Notes: generated by a model not told the origin, from the letters alone. 64,000 nt of DNA from a bacterium (GCA_037200965.1 JBBCGK010000001.1:32001-96000), one strand, 5' to 3'; numbered from the stretch's first letter, positions 51,385 through 61,845 are shown. Made by a program: numbers and translations.

Positions 51385-52740
51385 GTGAGCATGCTCCCTT
51401 TCTACGACGCGCTTGAAAAGAAAATTAAGAAATCGAAGGAGCAATCGGGCTTCGGGCTCGCTCCGTGGCCTTTGTTCTTCGCGGGGCTTGCAATGCTCTT
51501 CGCGATACTTGTCGTCGCGCCGTCCATCATCCTGCCCGCGCTTTCCTTGGCCTTTTTCCTCCTGCCTTTGTGGCTTCCGCTCGCGCTTGTGGGTACGGCT
51601 TGGGAGATATGGGTCGACCTTAAGCGTTCGGAGTTCATCGCGTCCCAGGAATACATCCTTCTTGAGATCAAACCCCCGCGCATGATCGAGAAGACGCCGC
51701 TTGCCATGGAGGCCGTGCTCTCAGGCCTCCACCTCTCGCCCGGCGAAGGGACCTGGTATAAGAAGTATATTAAGGGCGCGGTGCGGCCATGGTGGTCGTT
51801 CGAAATCGCGTCGCTTGAGGGCCAGGTGCACTTTTTCGTCTGGACGCGCGCGGGATACCGCCGCATCATCGAGACCCAAATATACGCCCAGTATTCGGGT
51901 GCGCAGGTCGTCGAGGTACAGGACTATACGAGGATGATTAATGCCGACCCCGGCGAATGGGAAATATGGGGCTGCGACTTTACCGAAAGCAAGGCCGGTC
52001 CGTACCCGATCCGCACCTACGTCGACTACGGTCTCGACAAGGTGGCAAAGGAACCCGAGCAAGTGGATCCTCTCTCGAACCTCATCGAGTTCATGGGCTC
52101 AATGGGCAAAGGCGAGTATCTTTGGCTCCAGCTGCCGATACGCGTGCATAAGGGAGAAAAGTACAAGAAGCTCAATAAAGAGGGGAAGTCCTATACTTGG
52201 AAAGACGAGGCGAAAGAAGTTGTCGAAGAGCTCCGGAAGAAGACCGTAACGAAGTTCAAGGATCCGGCGACGGGCGTCTCGATGGAGGGATTCCCGAACC
52301 CGACCAAGGGTCAGATGGAGACGATCGCCGCCATCGAACGGAACGTTTCGAAGCTGCCGTTTGACGTCGGTGCCCGCGGGGTTTACATTTCGCGCCCCGA
52401 GAGCTTTTCACCCACGACGATCGCGGGACTCACCGGCATTTTCAAGCAGTTCAGCTCGGAGGAGTGGAACGGCTTCAAGCCCGCACGCTGGATGACGGCT
52501 TTCAACGATTACCCGTGGGAATTTAATGTCGACCACCGCAAGAATAAGACCCGCAAGGCACTTATCGAAGCCTATCGCCGCCGGAGCTTCTTCTATCAGC
52601 CTTTCAAAGGCGAATACATGACCATGAGCACCGAGGAGCTTGCGACCATTTACCATATCCCGTCGGGCGCTACCGAGACGCCGGGCTTCCAGCGCATCCA
52701 GTCCTCGACGTCGGACGCGCCGGTTAACCTTCCGACCTAA
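51385..52740 (+). CDS. hypothetical membrane protein (451 aa)
   Basis: Two N-terminal TM helices then a large soluble domain with no recognised motif. Confidence 0.5.
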   Translation: MSMLPFYDALEKKIKKSKEQSGFGLAPWPLFFAGLAMLFAILVVAPSIILPALSLAFFLLPLWLPLALVGTAWEIWVDLKRSEFIASQEYILLEIKPPRMIEKTPLAMEAVLSGLHLSPGEGTWYKKYIKGAVRPWWSFEIASLEGQVHFFVWTRAGYRRIIETQIYAQYSGAQVVEVQDYTRMINADPGEWEIWGCDFTESKAGPYPIRTYVDYGLDKVAKEPEQVDPLSNLIEFMGSMGKGEYLWLQLPIRVHKGEKYKKLNKEGKSYTWKDEAKEVVEELRKKTVTKFKDPATGVSMEGFPNPTKGQMETIAAIERNVSKLPFDVGARGVYISRPESFSPTTIAGLTGIFKQFSSEEWNGFKPARWMTAFNDYPWEFNVDHRKNKTRKALIEAYRRRSFFYQPFKGEYMTMSTEELATIYHIPSGATETPGFQRIQSSTSDAPVNLPT

Positions 52741-52743
52741 GGC

Positions 52744-53763
52744 ATGCAGGAAGAATCATCGGGTATGCGGGATGCCGTGTCGTTTGCGGGGACGGCGCTC
52801 GAGCTCCACTTCGCGGGCTATACCCGGGCGCAGGCGCTCGCGCTGCTTGTCGCGCTTGCACTCGTTTTCTCCGGCTATTGGCTCCTTATCCGTCCTCCCT
52901 CCGCATTTCCCACGGGAAGCATCGTCACCGTTCCTTCGGGGCTCGCGGTTTCGGGCGTCGCGAAAGTGCTTGCCGAAGATAACGTTGTCGCATATCCGCG
53001 GCTTCTCTCGGTTATCCTTCGCCTAAGCGGAAACGCCGCGCACGTCCAGGCGGGAGACTACAGCTTAGAGGAACCGCTCGGACTTGCGCATGTCGCATAC
53101 CGGCTCGCAGCGGGCGATTTCGATCTTGATCCCGTGCGTGTCACCTTGCCCGAAGGCCTCACGGCCCGCGAAATGGGTCTCATATACGCAAGGAGTTTCC
53201 CGGAGATAACGGCCGAGAACTTCAGGACAGCGGGGGAGCGGTACGAAGGCTATCTGTTCCCCGATACATATCTGTTTCTTCCGAATGCGAAGGCCGCGGA
53301 CGTCATTGCCACGATGCGGACTAATTTCGATACGAAAGTGGCTAGCGTGACTCCGGAGATCAATGCTTCCGGCCATTCCTTTTCTGACGTGATTATCATG
53401 GCTTCAATCCTCGAGCGGGAAGCGAAGACATCGGAGGATAAGCGCATGGTCGCGAGAATTCTCTGGAACCGCATCAGGATCGGCATGCCGCTCCAGGTCG
53501 ATGCGGTCTTCGGCTATATCCACGGACGCGACACCTACTCTCCGACGTTCGCCGATCTTGAAGTGGATTCCCCGTACAATACCTATCGCAACAAGGGGCT
53601 TCCGCCGGGTCCCATCGGCAATCCGGGCCTTGATTCGATCGAGGCGGCGGCAACCCCCGCAAAAACCGCCGACCTCTACTACCTCACGGGCTTCGACGGG
53701 CAGATGCACTATGCGAAGACGTTTGAGGAGCATAAAGCGAACAGGTCAAAGTACTTACGATAA
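52744..53763 (+). CDS. mltG: endolytic murein transglycosylase MltG/YceG (paralog 2)
   Basis: N-terminal TM, YceG core (LPEGLTAREM...DSPYNTYRNKGLPPGPIGNPG...YYLTGFDGQMHYAKTFEEH). Confidence 0.8.
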   Translation: MQEESSGMRDAVSFAGTALELHFAGYTRAQALALLVALALVFSGYWLLIRPPSAFPTGSIVTVPSGLAVSGVAKVLAEDNVVAYPRLLSVILRLSGNAAHVQAGDYSLEEPLGLAHVAYRLAAGDFDLDPVRVTLPEGLTAREMGLIYARSFPEITAENFRTAGERYEGYLFPDTYLFLPNAKAADVIATMRTNFDTKVASVTPEINASGHSFSDVIIMASILEREAKTSEDKRMVARILWNRIRIGMPLQVDAVFGYIHGRDTYSPTFADLEVDSPYNTYRNKGLPPGPIGNPGLDSIEAAATPAKTADLYYLTGFDGQMHYAKTFEEHKANRSKYLR

Positions 53764-53822
53764 AAAGCGAAGCGCGCGACTCGCACCGGATGGTGTCGTG
53801 TCGCGCGCTTGTCTGTCCTTGC

Positions 53823-54131
53823 CTATGCACGGATGGTGTCCTTCTTGGCGTCGAAGTAGTCTTGGGGCCGCCCGCTGCACACGCAGCGGATGTCGACCAG
53901 TTCGTTGTGCCAGAGTACAAGCCATTCCTCCTTTCGAAGGCCGTAGATATCGTTGTCGAACACAAGAAGCCACGAAACGTCTCCGATCATGCGGACCCGC
54001 ATGGAAAGATTGGTTCCGCTCTCGATGTGTCCCGCCCGCTGTCCGTTCCGCGAATCCTTGAGCCAGATCGTGCCGTAGGTTGTAAGCGTGATTTCAGCCG
54101 CTTCTTCACGCGGCAACTCATGGATACTCAT
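53823..54131 (-). CDS. hypothetical protein (102 aa)
   Basis: Minus-strand ORF with GGAGGG 4 nt before the ATG. Confidence 0.35.
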   Translation of the reverse strand: MSIHELPREEAAEITLTTYGTIWLKDSRNGQRAGHIESGTNLSMRVRMIGDVSWLLVFDNDIYGLRKEEWLVLWHNELVDIRCVCSGRPQDYFDAKKDTIRA

Positions 54132-54211
54132 CTGCCCTCCGTTGCAACAGTCCCTACACGTGGAGACTACGCACGATGGCGGAGATTGTCAAACCATGAT
54201 TTGCTGTCGAC

Positions 54212-55120
54212 ATGCATGTTCAGGGAAAGAAAGTATTCCTCGGTCTCTCCGGAGGCGTCGACTCCGCCGTGTCCGCCGCTCTTTTGAAGGGGCAGGGAGC
54301 GCAGGTGATCGGCGTGTTCATACAAGGCTGGTACCCTCCCGGAATGCCCTGCACCTGGGCGGAGGACAGGCGCGATGCCATGCGGGTGGCAGCGCATCTT
54401 CAAATACCTTTTTTAACGCTCGACGCGAGCTCGGAATACAAGAAAGGAGTTATCGACTATCTGCTTGCCGAATACGCCGCGGGCCGGACTCCGAATCCCG
54501 ATGTGATGTGCAATAAGGAGGTGAAGTTCGGGGTCTTTTATGATTTCGCGATGGCGCACGGTGCCGACTGTATCGCGACCGGACACTATGTCTCCGGAGA
54601 GAAAGATCAGCGATACTTTCTCTGGGCGGTGCCGAAAGAAGTTCTCGGGAAGACGGTCTTTCCGGTCGGAAATATGGAAAAGAGCGACGTGCGGCGGCTT
54701 GCAAAGCAGTTCGGGCTTCCCGTATCCGGGAAGCCCGACAGCCAGGGCGTGTGCTTCCTGGGTTCCGTATCCGTGAAGGAGTTTCTGAGGCAAGAGCTTG
54801 GCGAGGATGCGGCGCTCCTCCATACCGTCGGAGAGCGTGTTGACGGGAAGTTCGTCGTCGGGAAAGAAGGCGGGCATCTCGTGCTTTCAGACACGCCTTG
54901 TGCTATTCCCCATGATATCAGGTTCCGCGACGCAAACTGGTTTCTCGATTCTTCGAAGATAACGAGCGCCCAGGTACGCTATCGCTCCCCTCATATTCCC
55001 GGCAGGGTTTCGGGCAGCACTTTCGTTCCCGCAGAACCTCTTACGGAACCCATAGCGCCGGGCCAGTCCGTCGTTTTCTACGATGGCGGGGAAATGGCGG
55101 GCGGTGGTATCATGGAGTGA
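54212..55120 (+). CDS. mnmA: tRNA-specific 2-thiouridylase
   Basis: PP-loop VFLGLSGGVDSAV and catalytic Cys region. The displayed text appears to carry one extra G near 54301 relative to the frame of the track ORF. Confidence 0.85.
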   Translation: MHVQGKKVFLGLSGGVDSAVSAALLKGQGAQVIGVFIQGWYPPGMPCTWAEDRRDAMRVAAHLQIPFLTLDASSEYKKGVIDYLLAEYAAGRTPNPDVMCNKEVKFGVFYDFAMAHGADCIATGHYVSGEKDQRYFLWAVPKEVLGKTVFPVGNMEKSDVRRLAKQFGLPVSGKPDSQGVCFLGSVSVKEFLRQELGEDAALLHTVGERVDGKFVVGKEGGHLVLSDTPCAIPHDIRFRDANWFLDSSKITSAQVRYRSPHIPGRVSGSTFVPAEPLTEPIAPGQSVVFYDGGEMAGGGIME

Positions 55121-55530
55121 CTATGGGGAAGCTGCATGCCCGGATCGCGATCGGTGCCTTTATCATCGTCAGTATCGCCGTGTTCGCATTTTTCATAGCG
55201 CATACCGAAGACGGCGCGGTGCCGGAGAAAGCGACGGAATCCGGCGCGCCTGCCGCAAGCCTCGTTTCAGTCAAGAAAACCGCCTCGAAAGGAGTGCTTA
55301 CGATAACCGGGAGCGTCCGCACGCCCACTCCCTGCTATACGCTCGATGCGAAGGCGCAGACCGCATCGACCACGCCTCCGAGCATCCGCGTCGATCTCAC
55401 GGTTCCGCCGGATGACGGCATCTGCCTTCAAAAGAGCGCGGACCAGCCGTTCTCCCTTAAGATTTCCGGAGCCGCGACGGCACCGCTGTTCGTCTATCTC
55501 AACGGCGAGACCGCAACGACGACTCCTTAG
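55117..55530 (+). CDS. membrane-anchored secreted protein, hypothetical
   Basis: N-terminal TM, Thr/Pro-rich. Overlaps the mnmA stop (ATGA-like coupling). Confidence 0.4.
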   Translation: MTMGKLHARIAIGAFIIVSIAVFAFFIAHTEDGAVPEKATESGAPAASLVSVKKTASKGVLTITGSVRTPTPCYTLDAKAQTASTTPPSIRVDLTVPPDDGICLQKSADQPFSLKISGAATAPLFVYLNGETATTTP

Positions 55531-55533
55531 CAC

Positions 55534-56454
55534 ATGCCGAACATCCTCAAATCAAACGGTGAGATAGAGGCGTTCGATCCCGCAAAGCTCGTGGCCTCGC
55601 TCATGCGCTCCGGGGCGGGAGAACATACCGCCGAGCGCATCGCCGATACCATCTCGCGCACGGTAACGGAAGGGGCGCGAAGCGACGAGATATACCGGAG
55701 GGCGTTCGCGCTTCTCCGGAAGGAAGCGCGCCCGGCCGCCGCCCGCTATTCGCTCCGGAGGGCGATGCTCGAAATCGGACCGACCGGGTTTCCGTTCGAG
55801 GATTTCGTCTCGCATCTCTTCAAGCACGAGGGCTGGCAGGTGGAAACGAGGAAAATCATGCAGGGTAAGTGCGTGCCGCACGAAGTCGACGTGTATGCGA
55901 CCCGGCCTCTGGCAGGATCTAAGACAGGGGAAGTGGAAACCGTCGCGGCGGAACTCAAATACCATAACGATCCGGGGTATAAGACGGACGTGAAGATCGC
56001 ACTCTACGTGAAAGCGCGGTTCGAGGATATCTGGCACTGCGATCCCAGGGAGCGGACCTGCCCGGTCGACCGCGGCGTCCTCATCACCAATACCAAATTC
56101 ACGAGCCAAGCCATCCAGTACGCCGAATGCGCGGGCCTCGAGCTTGTCGGCTGGAGCTATCCGCTCCACGACAGCCTCTATGAGCGAATGTACCGCGCCC
56201 GCGTCTATCCCGTCACCTCCCTTACGACCCTCAAGGTATCCGAAAAGAAGTTGTTCATGCAGGCGGGCGTCATCGCCTGCGACATGCTCCGGCCCCGCCG
56301 CGAACTCTTCGCCGAGTTCCATATTTCTCCCGCGCGCGTCGGGGAGATACTCGCGGAAGCCGAGGCCCTGTGCTCGCTTCCGTATGCTCCCGACACCATG
56401 GTCCCCGATCCGGATTCGGAAGCGGTGCGGCGAACTACGGAACCCATCGTCTGA
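55534..56454 (+). CDS. ATP-cone domain protein with restriction-endonuclease-like (Mrr-type) C-terminal domain
   Basis: N-terminal ATP-cone pattern (ILKSNGEIEAFDPAKL...). Central region has an Mrr_cat-like fold (DVYATRP...VETVAAELKYH). Confidence 0.5.
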   Translation: MPNILKSNGEIEAFDPAKLVASLMRSGAGEHTAERIADTISRTVTEGARSDEIYRRAFALLRKEARPAAARYSLRRAMLEIGPTGFPFEDFVSHLFKHEGWQVETRKIMQGKCVPHEVDVYATRPLAGSKTGEVETVAAELKYHNDPGYKTDVKIALYVKARFEDIWHCDPRERTCPVDRGVLITNTKFTSQAIQYAECAGLELVGWSYPLHDSLYERMYRARVYPVTSLTTLKVSEKKLFMQAGVIACDMLRPRRELFAEFHISPARVGEILAEAEALCSLPYAPDTMVPDPDSEAVRRTTEPIV

Positions 56455-56456
56455 CC

Positions 56457-57245
56457 ATGGCCGATTTCAAGAAGCAATACAACCCGAACCGGAGCGCCGA
56501 CTGGAACTATGGCGGGGGCAAATGGCGGCTCTCCCGCTCGAAGATAGAGCTGTTCAACGAATGCCCGCGCTGTTTCTATCTCGACAACAAGCTCGGTACC
56601 GGGCGTCCCCGCGGCCCCGCGTTCACGCTCAACATCGCCGTCGACGCGCTCCTCAAGAAGGAGTTCGACGCGCACCGTGCGAACGCGAGCGCGCACCCGC
56701 TCATGGAGCGCTACGGGATAGATGCCGTTCCGTACGCGCATGCCAAGCTCGATACCTGGCGCGAGAATTTCGAAGGCATCGAATATCTCCATGAGCCGAC
56801 GGGCTTCCGGATATCGGGAGCCGTCGACGATATATGGGTCAACTCCAAAGGCGAGCTGATCGTCGTCGACTATAAGGCGACATCGAAGAATGGAACGATC
56901 ACCTCGCTTTCGGATTCCTCCTGGGAAGGGTCATACAAGCGCCAGATGGGCGTGTATCAATGGCTCTTAAAGAACAACGGGTTCTCCGTGTCGAACACCG
57001 GTTATTTCGTGTACGCGAACGCGAGTTCGGACGAGGATGCGTTTGACGGAAAGCTCGAGTTCGAGGTTACCGTCGTGCCCTGCGAAGGCGATACGGCCTG
57101 GATAGACGAAGTGCTGCCGAGGATCAAGGAAACGCTCGACTCGGATGCCATTCCACCCGTCGGAGAGACCTGCGAATACTGCCCGTACCGCGAGCATGCC
57201 GGAAAGAAGCTGTTGGCGCTTCAGAAAAAGGCGAGAGGGAAGTAA
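56457..57245 (+). CDS. Cas4-like PD-(D/E)XK nuclease with four-Cys cluster
   Basis: CPRCFY near the N-terminus. GELIVVDYKATSK, QMGVYQWL, and C-terminal CEYCPY. The ATG is 2 nt after the upstream stop. Confidence 0.6.
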   Translation: MADFKKQYNPNRSADWNYGGGKWRLSRSKIELFNECPRCFYLDNKLGTGRPRGPAFTLNIAVDALLKKEFDAHRANASAHPLMERYGIDAVPYAHAKLDTWRENFEGIEYLHEPTGFRISGAVDDIWVNSKGELIVVDYKATSKNGTITSLSDSSWEGSYKRQMGVYQWLLKNNGFSVSNTGYFVYANASSDEDAFDGKLEFEVTVVPCEGDTAWIDEVLPRIKETLDSDAIPPVGETCEYCPYREHAGKKLLALQKKARGK

Positions 57246-57247
57246 TA

Positions 57248-57517
57248 TTGGGGGATATGAAGAAAGCTGATTTTGCGGAGCGGGTAAGGGCCATCGTGCG
57301 GAAGATTCCGAAAGGGCAGACCCGCACCTATGGGCAAATCGCCGCGGCAGCGGGACGCCCGGGAGCTGCGAGGGCGGTGGGCACCGTGATGTCGAATAAC
57401 TATGATAAGACCGTGCCGTGCCACCGCGTTATCCGCGCGGACGGCAAGATCGGGGAATATAACCGTGGAGGCCCAGCGAAGAAACGCGCGCTTTTGAGGA
57501 CGGAGGGCGCGCTTTAG
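57248..57517 (+). CDS. ogt: methylated-DNA--protein-cysteine methyltransferase DNA-binding domain protein (Ogt-like, 89 aa)
   Basis: Active-site PCHRV. TYGQIAAAAGRPGAARAVG. Confidence 0.65.
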   Translation: MGDMKKADFAERVRAIVRKIPKGQTRTYGQIAAAAGRPGAARAVGTVMSNNYDKTVPCHRVIRADGKIGEYNRGGPAKKRALLRTEGAL

Positions 57518-57633
57518 GAAGCCACAGGTGCATAAGCGATTGACCGCCCGCAAGGCGGTGTTAATCTTCCCTTCGGAGAAAGCACACTCCGTGGCGCAAT
57601 TGGTCCGGTCGGACCGATAGAAGGGAGATTGAC

Positions 57634-58185
57634 ATGCTTATCATCCGTACGGTGCTGTTTTTTGTTGCGTTTATTGCCGTCTCCGCGGATGCAAAAGTCC
57701 GCAGCCCGGCACCTCAGCAACCCGCCCCTGCGGGAGCCCGGGTTGCCGTCCTGTACGCCGCTACGCAAAAACTTCGAGTGTCCGTCATGCAGGCATGTAT
57801 GCGGCGCAACAACTTGAAGAAAGACTGCCATACTCCTGTCACAATCGGCTGCACGTTATTCCAGCCGTACCTTGGAGGAGATATTCCCGTCGCTACGTTC
57901 GCCGGGAGCTTCGGGGAAGACGCCTTCGTACTTGCAGCCGTTTCCGGAACCATCGCCACCGTGTACACGGATGCCAGGCACGATGGAAAACTCGACCATA
58001 TCCAGATCCTCGCTGCCGATACCGGTTCGCCCCGGGAAATGGAAGCTTTGCGGATCCAAACTGTCGAAGTGCTTAAGAGAGACAAGGCCCGCGGCGCGCC
58101 GCTTTCCCAACAAAGTTTCGCGCAGCAGGTCGAGAGTTTCGGATCCTGCATGCGCGAAGCTGTGGAAACCGAAACCCGTCATTAG
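57634..58185 (+). CDS. secreted protein, hypothetical
   Basis: Signal peptide MLIIRTVLFFVAFIAVSADA. Confidence 0.4.
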   Translation: MLIIRTVLFFVAFIAVSADAKVRSPAPQQPAPAGARVAVLYAATQKLRVSVMQACMRRNNLKKDCHTPVTIGCTLFQPYLGGDIPVATFAGSFGEDAFVLAAVSGTIATVYTDARHDGKLDHIQILAADTGSPREMEALRIQTVEVLKRDKARGAPLSQQSFAQQVESFGSCMREAVETETRH

Positions 58186-58246
58186 CATATTCAAGTTCCT
58201 GGCGCGTCCCGTTTCCCGGGGCGCGCTTGCTTGTATACTGCAAGCT

Positions 58247-58915
58247 ATGGAAGTGAAAATCGACCCGTCCTGGAAGGATAAGCTCGCGGGGGAATTCGAC
58301 GAGCCGTACTTCAAGGAGCTTGCCGAATTCGTGCGGGGCGAATACAAAAGCGGGAAGGTCTATCCGCTCCCGAAGAACATCTTCCGCGCGTTCGAGCTGT
58401 GTCCGTTCGGGAAGGTGAAGGTTGTAATTCTCGGCCAGGACCCGTACCACGGGGCGGGACAAGCGAATGGGCTTTCGTTTGCCGTCGAATCGAATATCGC
58501 CGTACCGCCGTCGCTTCAGAATATCTTCAAAGAAATAGAGAACGAATTCGGGAAGCCCCTGGTACACACCGACGGCGACCTTTCGCGCTGGGCAGTGCAG
58601 GGTGTGCTTCTCCTTAACGCCACCCTTACGGTACGCGCGCGGCTCGCGGGCTCGCACCAGGGTAAAGGCTGGGAGAAATTCACCGATGCCGTCGTGCGGG
58701 TCCTTTCCGAGGAACGGGAGCATCTGGTTTTCATGCTCTGGGGCAATTATGCGAAGCAGAAGGGCGCGCATATCGATCGTACGAAGCATCTGGTGCTCGA
58801 GTCGGCGCACCCCTCGCCTTTCTCCGCCGCGAACGGATTTTTTGGGAATGGGCATTTCAAAAAGGCGAATGAATACCTTATCGAACAAGGAGAGGCTCCC
58901 ATAGACTGGCTCTAG
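58247..58915 (+). CDS. ung: uracil-DNA glycosylase, family 1
   Basis: GQDPYH, water-activating region, HPSPFSA. The ATG at 58247 lies within the longer track ORF 57872..58915. Confidence 0.85.
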   Translation: MEVKIDPSWKDKLAGEFDEPYFKELAEFVRGEYKSGKVYPLPKNIFRAFELCPFGKVKVVILGQDPYHGAGQANGLSFAVESNIAVPPSLQNIFKEIENEFGKPLVHTDGDLSRWAVQGVLLLNATLTVRARLAGSHQGKGWEKFTDAVVRVLSEEREHLVFMLWGNYAKQKGAHIDRTKHLVLESAHPSPFSAANGFFGNGHFKKANEYLIEQGEAPIDWL

Positions 58916-58935
58916 TATTTCGATATACTCGGCGC

Positions 58936-59514
58936 ATGAACCACACTCCGGAAATAAAGAAGGCGATACAGTTCGCCGCGCGCAAGCACCACGGGCAGTT
59001 CCGCGCCGAGGCGGAGCCGCTTCCGTACGTGACGCACTTGTTTTCGGTCGCGCTGCTCCTTGCGGAAGGCGGAGCGGGCGATGAGGTCGTGATCGCCGGG
59101 CTTCTCCACGATACGCTTGAGGATACGGATACTACGCCCGAAGAATTGGAGAAGGCGTTCGGGTCACGGGTATTGAGGCTTGTAGAAGCGGTAACGGAAC
59201 CTAAGCTGGGGCTGAATGGCGAGCAACTTTCTTGGCGGGCTATGAAAGAGTTATGTGTCAAACAACTTCAAGACGGGCCGGACGGAGCGCTTATGGTTTC
59301 TGCCGCCGACAAAATCGACAACATAGAATCCAAGGTCGCTGCGTTCGGTCGCGAAGGAGCCGCCCTCCTTGCCCGTTTTTCTCAAAAACCAGAAAGCTAC
59401 CTCTGGTACCACGGCGCGGTGCTTGAAGAGGCGCGGAAGCGCCTTTCGGGGCCGCTCCTTGAGCGTTTCAAGCGTGCGTATGAGCGTGAACGGATAACGT
59501 TCGGAGCCCTTTAA
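58936..59514 (+). CDS. HD-domain phosphohydrolase (small alarmone hydrolase-like)
   Basis: HH...HD motif (AARKHHGQ...LLHDTLEDTD). Confidence 0.65.
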   Translation: MNHTPEIKKAIQFAARKHHGQFRAEAEPLPYVTHLFSVALLLAEGGAGDEVVIAGLLHDTLEDTDTTPEELEKAFGSRVLRLVEAVTEPKLGLNGEQLSWRAMKELCVKQLQDGPDGALMVSAADKIDNIESKVAAFGREGAALLARFSQKPESYLWYHGAVLEEARKRLSGPLLERFKRAYERERITFGAL

Positions 59515-59518
59515 GTGA

Positions 59519-61492
59519 CTACCAGATCCTTGCCCGCTCTTTCGGCTCCCGATAGAGCTTGTCTCCTTTACGCACGCCGAAGGCCTCATAGAACTCCGGA
59601 AGGTTCGAGACGGGACCGTTGATTCGGAATTCTCCCGGAGAGTGGGGATCGGTAAGAACTTGCATCTTTACAAACTCCGGGCGCACAACCTCCCGCTCGA
59701 ACAGTGCGAATCCGAGGAAGAACCGCTGCTCGGGCGTAAAGCCCTGGATAGCCTCGCGCTTCCCGGTACGCGAAAGGGCGGCCTGGTACGCATCGAAGGC
59801 GATGGATGCGCCGCCGAGATCGGCGATATTCTCTCCGAGCGTGAGCTTGCCGTTTACGGGCACGCCGTCCGCGACCCGGTACTGATCAAACTGCTTCTCG
59901 ACAAGCTTCGCCTTTTTCATGAACCGCTTCCGGTCTTCCTTGCTCCACCACGCCCGCATGTTTCCTTTCCCGTCGAACTTCGATCCTTGATCGTCAAAGC
60001 CGTGCGTTATTTCGTGCCCGATGACCGCGCCGATGCAGCCGTAGTTTATGGCATCATCCGCCGAGAGATCGAAGAACGGCGGCTGGAGAATCCCGGCAGG
60101 GAATACGATCTCGTTCATGTTGAAGTTGCAGTACGCGTTCACGGTCTGCGGGTACATACCCCATTCGCTGCGGTCGATCGGACGGCCGAGCTTCTTCATT
60201 TCGCGGCGGTGTTCGAACTTTGCAGAACGCACGAGGTTCCCGAAATAGTCGTCCGTCCGGACGACCAATCCGCGATACGAACGCCACTTATCCGGGTATC
60301 CGATCTTCCGGTTCATCTGGCTGAGCTTCCGTACCGCTTTCTTTTTGGTGTCCGGAGTCATCCAGTCGAGATACTTGATCCGCTTCTCGTATGCTGCAAA
60401 AAGATCGTCCACAAGACCGTTCATGCGAAGTTTCGCTTCGGACGTGAAGTGCTCCTTCACGTATGCTTGCCCGAGAAGCTCTCCAAGGCTTCCGCTGGTT
60501 GCCGCAAGCGAGCGCCGCCACAGCGGTTTAAGCTGCTTGCTGCCCATGAGGGTTTTCCCGTAGAACGCGAATTGCTGCCGTACGAATGCGCGTGAAAGCG
60601 CACCGGCGAAGTCGTTTATAAGGTGCCACCGGAAATAGACCTTCCAATCCGCGAGCGGCACCGTCTTAAGCATGCCGTTTACGGCCTTCAGGAATCCGGG
60701 CTGCGTAACGATGAGGTCGCCGGAACACGCCGCGCCGATGGAATTCAGATATCGCTTCCAGTCGATGCCCGGAGCGATCTTCCGGAGCGCTGACGGAGAA
60801 ACCTTGTGATAGGTTTTCTCAAGGTCGCGGGCAAGTTCCTTTTTCATGGAAGCCCTGGCGAGCATCGTTTCGATACGCATGACGGTTTCGGACGCGGTCG
60901 TACAATCCTTGGGAGAAAGTCCGAGCAGCCTGTGCATGGCTTCGATGTGCCGGACGTATGCGCCGCGCACGCGCTTCGATTCGGCGTCGTCCTTGAGGTA
61001 ATAATCGCGGTCGGGCATGCCGAGTCCGTCCTGTTGGAGATAGAGGGCGTATCGTTCGCTGTTCTTCAGGTCCTGGTCGATCATGCCGCCCCAGAGGACT
61101 CCGATTCCGAGTGTGTGGAATTCCGCGGTGAGAGAAAGGAGGTCTTCCGTGGTTTGAACGCGCCCGATACGGGAGAGCCACGGCGCAAGGGGAGCGGCTC
61201 CCAGCTTCTCCCGTCTCTTTTCATCAAGACCCGAGCGATAGAAGTCGCGGATCATCTGTTCCGGAGAACCGGCAGCATAGCGGCCGCGGGCTATGCGCTC
61301 GACAAGCTTTTTGAGTTGCTTGTCAGTTTCCGCCCGAAGCGTCGAGAAGGTTCCCCAGCGGGACTCGTTCGCCGGGATTTTCGCTTTCCTGAGCCACGTA
61401 CCATGCGCATGGCGGAAGAAGTCGTCTTGCGGGCGAACGTTCGTATCCATGCCCCGCACGTCGAATCCCCAATGCTTTCGTGTTTGTTTCAT
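59519..61492 (-). CDS. M13-family zinc metalloendopeptidase (PepO/neprilysin-like)
   Basis: HEITHGFDDQG zinc motif, 657 aa. Confidence 0.85.
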   Translation of the reverse strand: MKQTRKHWGFDVRGMDTNVRPQDDFFRHAHGTWLRKAKIPANESRWGTFSTLRAETDKQLKKLVERIARGRYAAGSPEQMIRDFYRSGLDEKRREKLGAAPLAPWLSRIGRVQTTEDLLSLTAEFHTLGIGVLWGGMIDQDLKNSERYALYLQQDGLGMPDRDYYLKDDAESKRVRGAYVRHIEAMHRLLGLSPKDCTTASETVMRIETMLARASMKKELARDLEKTYHKVSPSALRKIAPGIDWKRYLNSIGAACSGDLIVTQPGFLKAVNGMLKTVPLADWKVYFRWHLINDFAGALSRAFVRQQFAFYGKTLMGSKQLKPLWRRSLAATSGSLGELLGQAYVKEHFTSEAKLRMNGLVDDLFAAYEKRIKYLDWMTPDTKKKAVRKLSQMNRKIGYPDKWRSYRGLVVRTDDYFGNLVRSAKFEHRREMKKLGRPIDRSEWGMYPQTVNAYCNFNMNEIVFPAGILQPPFFDLSADDAINYGCIGAVIGHEITHGFDDQGSKFDGKGNMRAWWSKEDRKRFMKKAKLVEKQFDQYRVADGVPVNGKLTLGENIADLGGASIAFDAYQAALSRTGKREAIQGFTPEQRFFLGFALFEREVVRPEFVKMQVLTDPHSPGEFRINGPVSNLPEFYEAFGVRKGDKLYREPKERARIW

Positions 61493-61845
61493 GCGGATAT
61501 CTTAGCCGAATGTGTAGGGAATCGCTAAGAGCTTGACAAGATATCAACTTCCAACTACTATATTTACGGTAACCCTGAGGAGGCGCCAGAGTGGCGCAAG
61601 ATCGATGAGGATATTGTTTGCACTGCTCGGTGCACCGGCTACGACAGCGGCATTGCTTTATGCCGTCGAAGGAGGAGGAGCCTTGGGCACTCATTGGTTT
61701 GAGTTGATTGCGGTGTTCGCAGGCACCCTTTCAGCTACGATCGTCTGCGAAGGTTTGCGCAAGTAAACGAGACAATGAAGCCCGCCCCATCTCAATTCAA
61801 CGAGATGTGGGCGGGTTCTTGCATTCATGATATCTTTTCGAGACC

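Noticed and set aside
54298-54304. Apparent +1 frame discontinuity in mnmA near 54301
   Set aside because: My hand translation of the displayed text needs one extra G here to match the track protein. The track shows an intact 302-aa ORF, so this is most likely a counting or display artefact rather than a real frameshift.
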